From positions 64,001 to 128,000 of IMG/VR virus record IMGVR_UViG_3300025141_000025: a stretch of 64,000 nt of DNA; one strand, 5' to 3'. Origin of the DNA: a virus. A program made the translations under genes and the position numbers. The notes beneath the pieces were generated by a model. The model did not search any database, had not been told where the DNA came from, and was given only the letters and a program-made list of their open reading frames with translations. Shown in pieces: positions 37,755 through 47,983 of the stretch. Positions within the stretch are counted from its first letter, which is position 1, and each line of letters begins with the position of its first letter.

Positions 37755-39237
37755 TTCTTTTCCGATGCTCCGAGATTTCGGTATAAATGGCCTCTCTGAT
37801 TATTTTACGAAGCTGTTTTTTGCTCATTTTTATTTTTGTTGTCTTTGTTTCTACTACCACATCCTGAAATGCTGTGGGTGTTAGATCTATATTGAATTTT
37901 TTTGCCAGCTTGACTAACGCAACTGTGGCAATTCCTCCGCCCGGCAGGGCCAACAATCCTAGAAGTGGCAACCCCTTTCCAATATCCTTAACTTGAATTT
38001 TTAATTCTTCTTTTTCTTGTGGAGATAATTTCTGCCCAGCGGCAACTTTACCAAGTAACTTGGCACTTTCCTTAGTTTCAGACATTTCCTGTTTTAATTT
38101 AAGCAGAAAATCCTTGGTTGAAGACACAGCGGCTTTACCCTTTTCTTTAATAAACGACATGGCATCTTGAAATATACCTTCTTGCAGTATGGCATCTTGA
38201 TTTTGTTTCTTAACTTTATAAACCAATGTTCTAATCCTTTCTTCTCCAATAGTACAACTGAATGTTGGGTCTGTCGGCGTCTCTCCCTTAGCGAACTCGT
38301 AGTTGTATATGTCAAGCTCAGTACCCTCGAGACCCTCCGCGGCGTCGTCATGACAGAGTTGTGCAACCCGTCGTGCATTTTCTGGATCATCATCATAAAA
38401 GTGGATGTTCTCTATATTAGGGTTGTGGACTTTGCCTATTAGGTCTTTCTTTGCAGTAGCCGGGTCTGTGGGGTTAAAGTCTGCAGCTCCGTAAACAACA
38501 TCAGCATTTGTACCAAGTTCAGAAGCCAGGAAGTCCTGAATATCTGCCGCATTGGTCGCCGGAATTTTACCTCCGCCCAAAGCATCAAGGTCTGTTTTTC
38601 CTTTTCTTGCAGTCACCACCGCCGTCATGGCACCGTCATTTTCCGCTGCCTGAAATACGTCGAGCATGTTTTCTATTGGTTTTACGTCTGTTCCTATTGT
38701 GCTAGAGGGACTGAAGTCAGCGATGTGTATTTCACCGGTTTTACCTTGATCGAACATGGCTCGTCCTGCCCGACGAATATCATTGCTTACATTTGGACTG
38801 ATTACCAATCTGACATGGTCCCCACCGGGTATGTACTTTTCTTTCCAGTCACGATACTGTTCAGTATCTAGGACTATGGCTTCCGCATCATCAAGCTCAT
38901 CATTACTTCGGACATTATTACCTGACAGACCTGGAGAGTTAAGGCCTGATTGTTGGGGCGATTTTATGCCCTTGATTTTTGAGCCCACCCTCGACCCCAG
39001 GTCTTTGACAGGAGCATAAGAAGTCGGATCGTCCGGGTCTCCCCCATTATACTCAACTGCAGCAACAAGGGTAGGACTAGTGGTAACCCCTAACGTGTCA
39101 TCAAAATCAAACACATGTAAATCACGACTGGGCATTGAATCTATGCCCATTCTAGGGTTGGGATCACCCGATGCCGCGTCTAACTGTTCAGTTAGTAAAC
39201 CAGCTAACTTACACCATCTTTTGTTCACATCACTCAT
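37744..39237 (-). CDS. HAD-like phosphatase domain protein with terminal motifs
   Basis: HVFDFDDTL, VVTAR, HFYDDD; N-term RWCKLAGLLTE; C-term KMSKKQLRKIIRE. Confidence 0.65.
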   Translation of the reverse strand: MSDVNKRWCKLAGLLTEQLDAASGDPNPRMGIDSMPSRDLHVFDFDDTLGVTTSPTLVAAVEYNGGDPDDPTSYAPVKDLGSRVGSKIKGIKSPQQSGLNSPGLSGNNVRSNDELDDAEAIVLDTEQYRDWKEKYIPGGDHVRLVISPNVSNDIRRAGRAMFDQGKTGEIHIADFSPSSTIGTDVKPIENMLDVFQAAENDGAMTAVVTARKGKTDLDALGGGKIPATNAADIQDFLASELGTNADVVYGAADFNPTDPATAKKDLIGKVHNPNIENIHFYDDDPENARRVAQLCHDDAAEGLEGTELDIYNYEFAKGETPTDPTFSCTIGEERIRTLVYKVKKQNQDAILQEGIFQDAMSFIKEKGKAAVSSTKDFLLKLKQEMSETKESAKLLGKVAAGQKLSPQEKEELKIQVKDIGKGLPLLGLLALPGGGIATVALVKLAKKFNIDLTPTAFQDVVVETKTTKIKMSKKQLRKIIREAIYTEISEHRKRNAL

Positions 39238-39486
39238 GAATTACCTCATTGACCCTAACCTTTACTAATTATTGTGCTGAAAGTCATTCTGAATTTTATA
39301 TGGAACATGTTTTTATGAATGCATACCTGCTGTATATGACACGTTTATCATGAGGTGTTACCAGAAGCTCTCTGGTAAATTCTGGTCATGGCCTTTTGGT
39401 ATACTGGTATGTTTGGTAATGGATTGTCATATGAATCAACCAGGGACCCTCTATGAACATTTATCATGAAAGCCTAGTTTGTGCTG

Positions 39487-40611
39487 CTATGACTTTAAAA
39501 TACCCGCCAATTTTTGCCATCTTTCAAGCACAACTGATTCGTCTTTTCGGACAGGTTCTTTATAGTTTGTGTCACCAGTTGACAGGGTTTTCATTACGTT
39601 TGAGGCATCAAGTTTCGGTCCGGTATCACCACCTGTAAATTGAGGCATGTAAGACCTCTCGGGGCCTTCACCTTTTTTCATTGCAGCCAGGTTTTCTCCA
39701 ACAGTTGTTGCAACCTTTTCACGGACTGTTGCCATATCATCATCTTCTTCTATACCAAACTTTTCTGAATACATTTCTTTAAAGTGATTTGTAATATCAT
39801 CGTTTAGCAATTCGCCTGCTTCACTTGGCTCGCCGACCCTATCAAGAATCATTGTTTTAATTTCGCCAGCACCTTTTCCCAAGATGTTATTGGCTGCACC
39901 ACCTGTTGTCGCCTTTGGAACCGGTTTTACACCAACCTCTGGTTGCGACGCAATAGCGATCTGGGCAACTGCCAACTTTTTGTCTGCATCACCTGGTAAT
40001 CCTAAATCAATAACTTTCAAGTTTGCGCCTGGATTAATTGCCGCGACAGAAGACCAACGATGATGACCATCAATAATATGTTCTCCTGACGCAATAATAT
40101 CACCTATTTCAACTGTACTCTGCATAGAATTGTCTAATGAACCTTTGTCAGACAGGGGATAAGAAATAGATTTCATGAGATCAATTTCATTCTGGGTTGG
40201 AATCATACCCCCAACCGCGGGTGTCTCGCTTCCGACGGATATTTCCTCATCGCCGGGCTCACCGTCTGCAGTTCCCTGCCTGAGAAAATGACGAACTTTT
40301 GGATCTGTGCCTAGTGGACTGTTTAAAAAATCAACAACCGTCGTCACATCCTGCCCGGGAATATTTTTTTCAATTGCTTCTACAGCTTCTTCATCTGTAA
40401 AGATGCTGTTTTCAACTTGTTCTTTATCAGCAGGTTCGTCACTCTGTTTTTTCTCGTCATCAAGATCAGTTGTTTCCTTTTCAACGAGAATAGACATTTC
40501 TTCTTGCAAAATAAGTCGCTGCAATTCACGAGAACTTAATCTTGTAATTTTTCTTTTATTGTTTGAAACTTCTTCTTTGTTTAAACCAAAGATCTCAACT
40601 AGTTTTTTCAT
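39487..40611 (-). CDS. ParB/Srx-like domain protein (paralog of 50959-52023)
   Basis: IPTQNEI...IIDGHHRWSS; C-term VVLERWQKLAGILKS. Confidence 0.65.
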   Translation of the reverse strand: MKKLVEIFGLNKEEVSNNKRKITRLSSRELQRLILQEEMSILVEKETTDLDDEKKQSDEPADKEQVENSIFTDEEAVEAIEKNIPGQDVTTVVDFLNSPLGTDPKVRHFLRQGTADGEPGDEEISVGSETPAVGGMIPTQNEIDLMKSISYPLSDKGSLDNSMQSTVEIGDIIASGEHIIDGHHRWSSVAAINPGANLKVIDLGLPGDADKKLAVAQIAIASQPEVGVKPVPKATTGGAANNILGKGAGEIKTMILDRVGEPSEAGELLNDDITNHFKEMYSEKFGIEEDDDMATVREKVATTVGENLAAMKKGEGPERSYMPQFTGGDTGPKLDASNVMKTLSTGDTNYKEPVRKDESVVLERWQKLAGILKS

Positions 40612-40663
40612 GAAATGTATCTCCTACTCAAACTAAATATCTAGATATCGTAAAAATGATGAT

Positions 40664-42769
40664 TTATTCGCTAGGAGGCATACAAATTTCATCTAATATT
40701 TCCATGAGATAATTGTACATTTCGACCGTGTTGTTACTTAGCGGATAGTATTTTCCACCACATGAATTGGCAATTTCATCCCATTCCCACTGTTCATTAA
40801 CTGAAAATGTGTATGTTTTTAATTGTGGTGTTGCCTGACAGGTGCCAATCACATCCGCCGGACTGAGTTGCGGACTCAAATAACTTTGAGGTGCCTCGTC
40901 ACTAAAAACGATAATAACACGATCTGCCCCGGGTCTCCAGCTTAGTTTAAATTGATCTTTGGTAGGAACTGATTCTCCGACCCAGTTATTCCATGGGGTT
41001 ATTGCGAGATCTATGGGGGTATTTCCGGAAATATTTTGAAGTGAAAGGTAAATAGCGTCTAGCAGCATTTCGCTACCTGTGTTCATCCCAGTATTTCCTA
41101 AACCTGCAAAATCCCCCAGAAAATCAGGAAACGAAGAAATATCAGAAATCATGTATAATCTTTCTTCAAAATCGCCAGGTGCCTCTCTAGGACCAACAAT
41201 AAGTCCCCAGTGAAGTTTGTCTTGTAAGGAATAATGTCCAGCAAACTGATTTAAGGCAGTTAACACGGCACTAATTTCATCGCCCATAGACCCTGACCAA
41301 TCAATGATAAAAAGAATGTCAGTCTCAGGAACCTCTTTACCCCAGTCAACCATGCCGTCACAGTCATCATCCAGACCATTACATTCTTCATCCTGTGGAA
41401 CGACCTCATCCATACACATACCAGCCAAGAAATTGTCTTGGTCATCATACCCACCCCAAACACCGGTGAGGCATGTCATCATTCCAGGTTCGCATATTCC
41501 TACATTTAATGTTCCCTCTGGGCCCGTGTAACAACCAACAAATAAATCCTCATCAATTAACTGATTACAATTATCATCAAAATTATTACATTCTTCTTCT
41601 TGCAGGGGCATACCAACAAGAGAGTCGCAAAGTGGATCAGACCCGGGTGGGTCAGCTAGCCAATGGCATGCAGCAAAGCATTCCGTCGTTGTTATCTCTA
41701 GGCATGCAGGATCTACACATTCACATGTTTTGAAGCCTTGACCACAAAGTAATGGTGGTTCAGCACATGGAAAAAGAGATCCCACATCCTGTATTGTACA
41801 AAGACATTCAATTCCATCATCGATCTGCCCGTTACAGTCGTTATCTAGACCATCACAAATCTCTGGTGATGGTTGTTGTGCTGTACAACTAGCCCATACA
41901 CCGTTGGTACAAACTTCAACCCCACTACCACATGATGTTGTGCATACCTTGACCAAATCCTCGTCGGTATCTCCATCACAATCGTTATCTAGGCCATCAC
42001 ATACCTCAGCTGGGACAGGCCCACACTCGTTACAAACGTTTGTCTGAAATTCATCAATTTCACCATCACAATCGTTATCTAGATAATCGCAGATTTCCTC
42101 TTGAGGTTCCGGGCCGAAGCACACCTCCTCGCCGTCAACACACACGGCATTACCGGCGCCACAGATTGTTTCGCATGCCATGACACCCAAATCTTCGTCC
42201 ACCAAGCCATCACAGTCGTTGTCCAGACCATCACATTGTTCAGGATTACAGGGTTGACATTCTGAATGATATAATTGCCCTTTGTCACATGTAACCTGTT
42301 GTTTTCCAACAGTCCCGTCGTCCATCTCACACCATTGCCAACCATAATCCAGGCTCTGAGCCATGGGTGAGCATTCGTATGCCTCGGTACATTCACCCAT
42401 GAATATAATTTCTGGTGGCGGGCAGTCAGGATCATGACCATACATGCATGGTTCATTATCATCATTGCAAATATCAACAGTAACTTCTTTTTTGTGATAT
42501 GTAGGCTGTCCAAATTCAGGAGGACAGAACCATTGCTGTGATTGACAACATTCAGGATAACAGCTACACCAACCAGAATCCGAAACACTAATTTGAAGGC
42601 AAGGATCTGGTGGGGCTACATCAACATCATTGTGTAGTGTGTCTAGTTCTTCTCGAGGCATTGGATAAATTGGTGTATCCGAATTTTCTACACCATCATT
42701 TTTATCCGAACATCCAAGTGGGTATGTAAAAAAAACTAGAAATAGTAAAGGTATTATCTTCGCCTTCAT
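40664..42769 (-). CDS. Cys-rich lipoprotein with six CDGLDNDCDG-type metal-binding repeats and a C-terminal vWA domain
   Basis: Lipobox-like YPLGC; six E.C[DN]..D[ND][DN]C[DN]...D repeats; MIDAS DILFIIDWSGSM...VFSDE. Confidence 0.8.
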   Translation of the reverse strand: MKAKIIPLLFLVFFTYPLGCSDKNDGVENSDTPIYPMPREELDTLHNDVDVAPPDPCLQISVSDSGWCSCYPECCQSQQWFCPPEFGQPTYHKKEVTVDICNDDNEPCMYGHDPDCPPPEIIFMGECTEAYECSPMAQSLDYGWQWCEMDDGTVGKQQVTCDKGQLYHSECQPCNPEQCDGLDNDCDGLVDEDLGVMACETICGAGNAVCVDGEEVCFGPEPQEEICDYLDNDCDGEIDEFQTNVCNECGPVPAEVCDGLDNDCDGDTDEDLVKVCTTSCGSGVEVCTNGVWASCTAQQPSPEICDGLDNDCNGQIDDGIECLCTIQDVGSLFPCAEPPLLCGQGFKTCECVDPACLEITTTECFAACHWLADPPGSDPLCDSLVGMPLQEEECNNFDDNCNQLIDEDLFVGCYTGPEGTLNVGICEPGMMTCLTGVWGGYDDQDNFLAGMCMDEVVPQDEECNGLDDDCDGMVDWGKEVPETDILFIIDWSGSMGDEISAVLTALNQFAGHYSLQDKLHWGLIVGPREAPGDFEERLYMISDISSFPDFLGDFAGLGNTGMNTGSEMLLDAIYLSLQNISGNTPIDLAITPWNNWVGESVPTKDQFKLSWRPGADRVIIVFSDEAPQSYLSPQLSPADVIGTCQATPQLKTYTFSVNEQWEWDEIANSCGGKYYPLSNNTVEMYNYLMEILDEICMPPSE

Positions 42770-42822
42770 TATTCATAAGTATACATTTTTTTTGCGATTT
42801 TCATCCAATCAAAAAAAATATC

Positions 42823-43476
42823 TTACAGGTTAGCCTCAAGTAGCCGTAATAAGACAGCCTCAGTGATGTCTGCAATTTTGCTTTGTTGTAAAGCTATGTC
42901 ATCTTTTGAGGGACTTCCCGTACCCCAGTCAGGCAACGAGTTATCAGTCATACATGCACTAATATTAATTTTTTTTGAACCCTGCACACCGCCTCCGGTG
43001 TATAAAATTCCTACATGTCCCTTGTCAGGATACACAAATAAATCTGTTCCAGCGGCATTGGCTATTTGACATGCCTGTTTTAAAGGAATGGCATCGTCCA
43101 TACCACCGGCAATAGTAACAGATCCTCCGGGTAAAGTTGGAATGGGAGCGCTGGTCCATCCTCGCAAAGCAGCTGGAGCCATATAGGTAATCGGTGGAAT
43201 GGCCGCGGGCATGTATTCGCTTTGCATTGCCCTGTTCAGCGCCGCGGCGCCACGGGAATAAGCAAAAATTCGTTCAGGTCGTTCAGCTGCAATTTTTTTA
43301 GCAATGGCATCAGCTTCTTCATCAGTGACTGGTCCACTTTTTCCTATTTCTATTCCGCCGTATCCAAGCCTGGCTTCAAGATCGTCCTCTGACATACCGG
43401 CGCCATGAAGTCCTAAGGGAACTTCTAACAAACATTGTCTAATAAGATTGGTAAGATCGCTGCGTGTGATAATCAT
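42823..43476 (-). CDS. Alpha/beta hydrolase with divergent leader
   Basis: Nucleophile elbow AYSRGAA, Asp in GGMDDAIP, His in DKGHVG; N-term ITRSDLTNLIRQCLLE. Confidence 0.65.
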   Translation of the reverse strand: MIITRSDLTNLIRQCLLEVPLGLHGAGMSEDDLEARLGYGGIEIGKSGPVTDEEADAIAKKIAAERPERIFAYSRGAAALNRAMQSEYMPAAIPPITYMAPAALRGWTSAPIPTLPGGSVTIAGGMDDAIPLKQACQIANAAGTDLFVYPDKGHVGILYTGGGVQGSKKINISACMTDNSLPDWGTGSPSKDDIALQQSKIADITEAVLLRLLEANL

Positions 43477-43724
43477 CTTACAAAATCTTTTTTAAGCGCC
43501 TCTATAGCTTCGCTCAACGCATCTTCAAATTTTGTAAATGCCTCTTTGCTAATCGACACTGAGCCAGGTTCTATCATTGCAACATCATCATACAAAACAT
43601 CATAAAGGTAATTTTTATCAAAAACTCCAAGTGGTGCAGCGTTACCACTTTCATCGTTCTTACTGGAAAACATTGATGATCGTTCTAAAATAATTTCTCT
43701 AATCATGTTTCTGGAAATTTTCAT
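43473..43724 (-). CDS. Leader-family protein (divergent leader MKISRNMIREIILE)
   Basis: Leader-like N-terminus; GVFDKNYL shared with 52910-53230. Confidence 0.65.
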   Translation of the reverse strand: MKISRNMIREIILERSSMFSSKNDESGNAAPLGVFDKNYLYDVLYDDVAMIEPGSVSISKEAFTKFEDALSEAIEALKKDFVR

Positions 43725-43741
43725 ATTTTTATTTTATCCAA

Positions 43742-44011
43742 TTATTTGAAAATTTTTTCCTTGGCTGTGTTAAACAATTGCGGCAAAAAAGACTTTTTTA
43801 ATCGCAGCAGTCTTTCAAACCTCACACGTTTTCTTGCATCTGTGTAAAGTGTTGTAGGTCGTCTAATCTCGCCATCAATGATTTGTTCACTAAAGTCGTA
43901 AAATTTAGATTTACCACTTGATTTAGGGGGTGCAGCATACGCAACGTTGAAAAAAATAAAAAAGAACAGCAAAAGAATTATAAATGAAATTCTTTTGTTG
44001 CTGATTTTCAT
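43742..44011 (-). CDS. Secreted CglF/GltF-like (myxobacterial adventurous gliding) protein
   Basis: Signal peptide ending AYA; YDFSEQIIDGEIRRPTTLYTDARKRVRFERLLRLKKSFLPQL resembles the recalled CglF pattern IDFxDxxIEGELxKPxGxYxxxRxxxxFxxLIxxRxxFxPEL. Confidence 0.6.
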   Translation of the reverse strand: MKISNKRISFIILLLFFFIFFNVAYAAPPKSSGKSKFYDFSEQIIDGEIRRPTTLYTDARKRVRFERLLRLKKSFLPQLFNTAKEKIFK

Positions 44012-44277
44012 GATTTATTTTTCACTTTTTTGACGATATTCTTAATTCTACGTCGTAGAAGTCTTTCACCCAAAACTGGACCTCCTACATCTAATGTCTC
44101 TGGTCTTTTTGTGGTCTCTTCACCACCGGCAGCTTTTGAATGATCAATATCCAATTCCAAATTACCTGCCTCGGGACACCCTGCCCATACATTTTCAATA
44201 GGTTCAACTTCTTCCGGGTGATCAGAATCAAGCATTTCTTTAATTAGTTTTCTGAGTTGTCGTTTTGTAATTTTCAC
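44008..44277 (-). CDS. MKITKRQL-leader protein
   Basis: GTG start; MKITKRQLRKLIKE. Confidence 0.8.
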   Translation of the reverse strand: MKITKRQLRKLIKEMLDSDHPEEVEPIENVWAGCPEAGNLELDIDHSKAAGGEETTKRPETLDVGGPVLGERLLRRRIKNIVKKVKNKS

Positions 44278-44759
44278 TAGTCAATACTCCTATCGATTGC
44301 TTTATATACAGGATACATCTCATCCCATGTCGCCCAGTCAATATCTCCGGATTCTACGGCAGCTTCTAATACATCTGGAATATTAGAGGTGAAGCCGCCC
44401 TTAGGATGAGCGCCCGGTCCTTTGGGTTTGGAAAAAGGATCAACATACATGTTGCCGTCTCTTCCCTCGAAACCTTTATAAAAACCAATGTCGATAAGAT
44501 ACTGGTGCACCTTCTGTGTCAGTTCCTGCTTAGATCCTTTCCATTTTTTTCCTGGTCGGCTTGAAGATTGCTGCGATGGTTGCGGCGCTCTGGATGGTGT
44601 GGTTTGACCCGTGGAGCCGGCTTCAAAATCCCTAACAAGCTGCTCATACTCGGCTCGAGTAATCGTGCCGGCCCTATAGTCTTTGTAATAATCTGCAGGC
44701 TCTTCGAGTAAAAGTGATTCTCGAATAATTCTTCTAAGTTGTCTCTTTGTGATTTTCAT
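44277..44759 (-). CDS. MKITKRQL-leader protein
   Basis: MKITKRQLRRIIRESLLLE. Confidence 0.8.
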   Translation of the reverse strand: MKITKRQLRRIIRESLLLEEPADYYKDYRAGTITRAEYEQLVRDFEAGSTGQTTPSRAPQPSQQSSSRPGKKWKGSKQELTQKVHQYLIDIGFYKGFEGRDGNMYVDPFSKPKGPGAHPKGGFTSNIPDVLEAAVESGDIDWATWDEMYPVYKAIDRSID

Positions 44760-45104
44760 TTATAACTCTTCTCGATATCTTGGATCAATTGCTATTAACC
44801 TTTTATAGTCGTGATCTGTTTCATATCCGTTTGCTTGTAATATTGCTTCAATATCCTGTGCTCGCACACCCATTTTCCTTTCTAGTCCCATTAGTTCGCC
44901 ATTGGTGGCGATGTGATACTGCCCCGGAAAATCAGTCGATAAATAAAACTTAAAACCTTTAAGGTCTAGTTCAGTACCAAGCAATTGCTCTATTTTATCT
45001 AGGTTTGGATCACTATCCCACTTATCATAGTCACTGTATTTTACCTTTTCGATCTCTTCTTTGATGATTCTCTTTAGTTGTCGTTTTGTAATTTTCATAA
45101 TCAA
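44760..45104 (-). CDS. MKITKRQL-leader protein
   Basis: (MI)MKITKRQLKRIIKEE. Confidence 0.8.
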   Translation of the reverse strand: MIMKITKRQLKRIIKEEIEKVKYSDYDKWDSDPNLDKIEQLLGTELDLKGFKFYLSTDFPGQYHIATNGELMGLERKMGVRAQDIEAILQANGYETDHDYKRLIAIDPRYREEL

Positions 45105-45316
45105 AATCCTAAGACTGCACCTTCATCGTGATGTCGATCTTCTAGTTCATCGGCTAATTCCCGGAGCGCTTCTGCACGCTCAAGATCAGAGCGAAGCGTA
45201 GTGCCCACTAACTGATCAATCAATCTCCATTGTTCTTCACGATTGTCGCCGAACATGTTATCCTTATCCCGGGCTTCCTTAATGATTCTTCTGAGCTGTC
45301 GTTTTGTAATTTTCAT
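45101..45316 (-). CDS. MKITKRQL-leader protein
   Basis: MKITKRQLRRIIKE. Confidence 0.8.
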   Translation of the reverse strand: MKITKRQLRRIIKEARDKDNMFGDNREEQWRLIDQLVGTTLRSDLERAEALRELADELEDRHHDEGAVLGF

Positions 45317-45564
45317 TAGCTTATTATTCCTTTTATTTTTTCGAGGTAATCATCTGCAATTTCTGGCTTCACTCCCATGCTCTTGTTCATGAAAGCTGTC
45401 TTTATTATATCCTGTATTTGTAGCAATTGCTGGTGAGATGTAGGTGCCATCGAATCTTTCCATTCTTCATATGCACCGGGATTGTTCGGATCCATACGTT
45501 CGGAAATTATTTTAGCGCTCTCTTCTTTGATGATTCGTCTTAGTTGTCGTTTTGTAATTTTCAT
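45316..45564 (-). CDS. MKITKRQL-leader protein
   Basis: Start at the TAATG overlap 45564; MKITKRQLRRIIKEESAKIISE. Confidence 0.8.
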   Translation of the reverse strand: MKITKRQLRRIIKEESAKIISERMDPNNPGAYEEWKDSMAPTSHQQLLQIQDIIKTAFMNKSMGVKPEIADDYLEKIKGIIS

Positions 45565-45989
45565 TATGGACATACCCATTTTCCCATTCTTTGTTGCCAA
45601 TACGGCTCAGTAGCCTCTCCGGTCCTTCGATCTTTGCAACCCATTTGTTCTCCAGTGGGTTTTTTATCCCGCCTGCTGGTATCTACACGGCCTGACCGGT
45701 CTATGCCGGGAGCCCAGTATTCTTCTAAATCATCTTCTTTAAGGAGGTCGGTTCCATGTGAAAGATCATCGATTAGGTTTTCATAGTCCTCAACAGGTAC
45801 CTCATGGCCTAGGTCATCCATAAAATCGTCATATAAAAGTGATTTAATTGCGCCTGCTCCACCAGTGGCTAAAGCAGGATCAGCATGATAAGATTTTGCC
45901 CTATCGGTTAAATAAGTTATGATCTCATCGTTGGACGCAACCATGGCTTCTCTGATTATTCTTCTTAGTTGTCGTTTTGTGATTTTCAT
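45564..45989 (-). CDS. MKITKRQL-leader protein
   Basis: MKITKRQLRRIIRE. Confidence 0.8.
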   Translation of the reverse strand: MKITKRQLRRIIREAMVASNDEIITYLTDRAKSYHADPALATGGAGAIKSLLYDDFMDDLGHEVPVEDYENLIDDLSHGTDLLKEDDLEEYWAPGIDRSGRVDTSRRDKKPTGEQMGCKDRRTGEATEPYWQQRMGKWVCP

Positions 45990-46276
45990 CGCTTCCAGTC
46001 ATCCCCCATGAGCTCATCGATCTCGCGCCAGCTTGCCTTCGTGATAAGGTACTTGTATCGAGGGTAAAACTTGCCATCGATATAGTCACGAATCGCATTC
46101 TCACCCTGTAGGACGACCTCGGTGGGGACAACGTAGCTAATCCCTTCACCCTCAGTGTGCTCATGGCCATACCACTCAACCTCAACTGAGGTCACTGGTG
46201 TACCCACAGGTAAACCAGTCATGCGGTCTATTTCTTCTCGGATGATTCTTCTTAGTTGCCGTTTGGTGATCTTCAT
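45986..46276 (-). CDS. MKITKRQL-leader protein
   Basis: MKITKRQLRRIIREE. Confidence 0.8.
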   Translation of the reverse strand: MKITKRQLRRIIREEIDRMTGLPVGTPVTSVEVEWYGHEHTEGEGISYVVPTEVVLQGENAIRDYIDGKFYPRYKYLITKASWREIDELMGDDWKR

Positions 46277-46536
46277 GTCTGGTTCCCTATATCAATTGCT
46301 CTTTGTAGCGCGATCTCATATGCGTCGCCACGTTGTCCGCCGAGCCCGGTAATCTTCTCAAGCGCTGTATCAGCTATTTCGGCCGGGGTTGCATTTCTGT
46401 AACCGGGTTCATGTGCTATATGGTCGACCCACATGTGAACCTCTCCGGTCAAACCGGCACCAGGTACTATTCCGCCATCCTTCCCGACAAACGCTTCTTT
46501 GATAATTCTTCGGAGTTGTCGTTTTGTGATTTTCAT
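46273..46536 (-). CDS. MKITKRQL-leader protein
   Basis: MKITKRQLRRIIKE. Confidence 0.8.
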   Translation of the reverse strand: MKITKRQLRRIIKEAFVGKDGGIVPGAGLTGEVHMWVDHIAHEPGYRNATPAEIADTALEKITGLGGQRGDAYEIALQRAIDIGNQT

Positions 46537-46958
46537 GAATAATACTCCTCAAAAGCACTTGTTCCATCATCTTCACCAGCGTACATTTCATCGGGATCTT
46601 TTTCCTCAACTTCCTCAACCTGCATTCCATTTTGTTTTGCATAAAGCTGAATGAGTTTATCGACATCTACACCATAGTAATCAGGGAATACGTCTGAATC
46701 CCATCTCTCCAAACCCCCTTGTACACCTTCTGCATCAGCTTTAAGCATTGCAGCGAGACCTTGCTCTGAAGTAAACCCTTGTACCCCTTCATCCAGAAGT
46801 GATCTTACCATCTCACCGAGACTGATCCATTCGCCGCCTTCATCTTCAACACTAAACCCGCCGTATGGAAGGCGCTTGACATAAAGCGTACCTTCGGACA
46901 TTACGTTCGAAATTTCTTCTTTGATAATTCGTCTGAGTTGTCTCTTTGTGATTTTCAT
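46533..46958 (-). CDS. MKITKRQL-leader protein (acidic)
   Basis: MKITKRQLRRIIKEEISNVMSE. Confidence 0.8.
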   Translation of the reverse strand: MKITKRQLRRIIKEEISNVMSEGTLYVKRLPYGGFSVEDEGGEWISLGEMVRSLLDEGVQGFTSEQGLAAMLKADAEGVQGGLERWDSDVFPDYYGVDVDKLIQLYAKQNGMQVEEVEEKDPDEMYAGEDDGTSAFEEYYS

Positions 46959-46966
46959 TTTTTATC

Positions 46967-47599
46967 TCAATCGTACATTGGGGGTATGTGCTTGACTGGC
47001 TTGCGCTTCTTCCTAAGAGTCGCGCCACCCTTCTCTAACACCTTTATAATCTTGTCTACTGTCGTCCCTGACTGTTTCGCCCATTGTTCATCAACGACAA
47101 AACTTGAACGCCCAAGCGGCATCGTACCCCATGGGGTCTCGTCGTCTTCGACCATAAACGCCACAACTTTACCACCCCTGCGAATGGGTTGGTAAGTCAA
47201 GTATTTTACCTCGCGAGGCTCGACAGCACCGTAGCTATCACCTCCGATGGCCTTGAGTTCTTTTTTGTCAGGAGAAGCACCAACTCGTTTTTGATGATCT
47301 TTATCCAGTGCCATCGAGATTGCCAACCGGATGTTTTCGAGATCAGGATATGGTGTAACCCCTAAGTCTGCCAACGTACCTCGGTCGTCGTCGTAGAAAG
47401 CGTCGGCCTGATCTAGACCGTATTCATCGATAAAGAGTTGTGCCACTTTTTGATGATCAGCATGGCTCATTTTTGAAGGGTCTTCAGGGAGGGCATCAAC
47501 AAGTTTTTTCTCCCATGCATCCAACTCGGCCTGGCGTTCTTTCCAGGATTTCATCTGTTCTTTGATGATTTTTCTAAGTTGTCGTTTTGTAACTCTCAT
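46967..47599 (-). CDS. MKITKRQL-leader protein
   Basis: MRVTKRQLRKIIKE. Confidence 0.8.
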   Translation of the reverse strand: MRVTKRQLRKIIKEQMKSWKERQAELDAWEKKLVDALPEDPSKMSHADHQKVAQLFIDEYGLDQADAFYDDDRGTLADLGVTPYPDLENIRLAISMALDKDHQKRVGASPDKKELKAIGGDSYGAVEPREVKYLTYQPIRRGGKVVAFMVEDDETPWGTMPLGRSSFVVDEQWAKQSGTTVDKIIKVLEKGGATLRKKRKPVKHIPPMYD

Positions 47600-47600
47600 A

Positions 47601-47981
47601 TTACATTCTCCACTTGCAGTTTCTAGCTAACCTGTCACATTTAATAAGTGCTTCTTTAATTAGTCTTTCTAACCCAAACAAATTCGCTGTTTTCCAATCA
47701 TCAAAATCTTCTAATTGTGAAGCAGATAGTTTTTTATCTGCACACCTCAATAAATGAGCCGCTTCGTAATACTTTGACTCGGCCAGCGCAAACATTTTGT
47801 GTTTGTGATGTTGTTCGGCTTCACTCATGATTGCTGATGCTTTATTATACAATAAAGCGGCGCAGTCTGCTGTAGGACCACATGTCACGATCGTCGTGCA
47901 CATTTTAGTTTTATAATCAATGGTACTTGTGGCACAAGAAGTACAAAGTAAAAATAGCATTACCGTGGCAAGAAATCTCAT
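47601..47981 (-). CDS. Putative lipoprotein
   Basis: MRFLATVMLFLLCTSC signal/lipobox from ATG 47981. Confidence 0.6.
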   Translation of the reverse strand: MRFLATVMLFLLCTSCATSTIDYKTKMCTTIVTCGPTADCAALLYNKASAIMSEAEQHHKHKMFALAESKYYEAAHLLRCADKKLSASQLEDFDDWKTANLFGLERLIKEALIKCDRLARNCKWRM

Positions 47982-47983
47982 TT

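Noticed and set aside
39240-39486. Possible small gene or ncRNA in the 250-bp gap
   Set aside because: Only short ORFs without a clear RBS; no cloverleaf or convincing stem visible.
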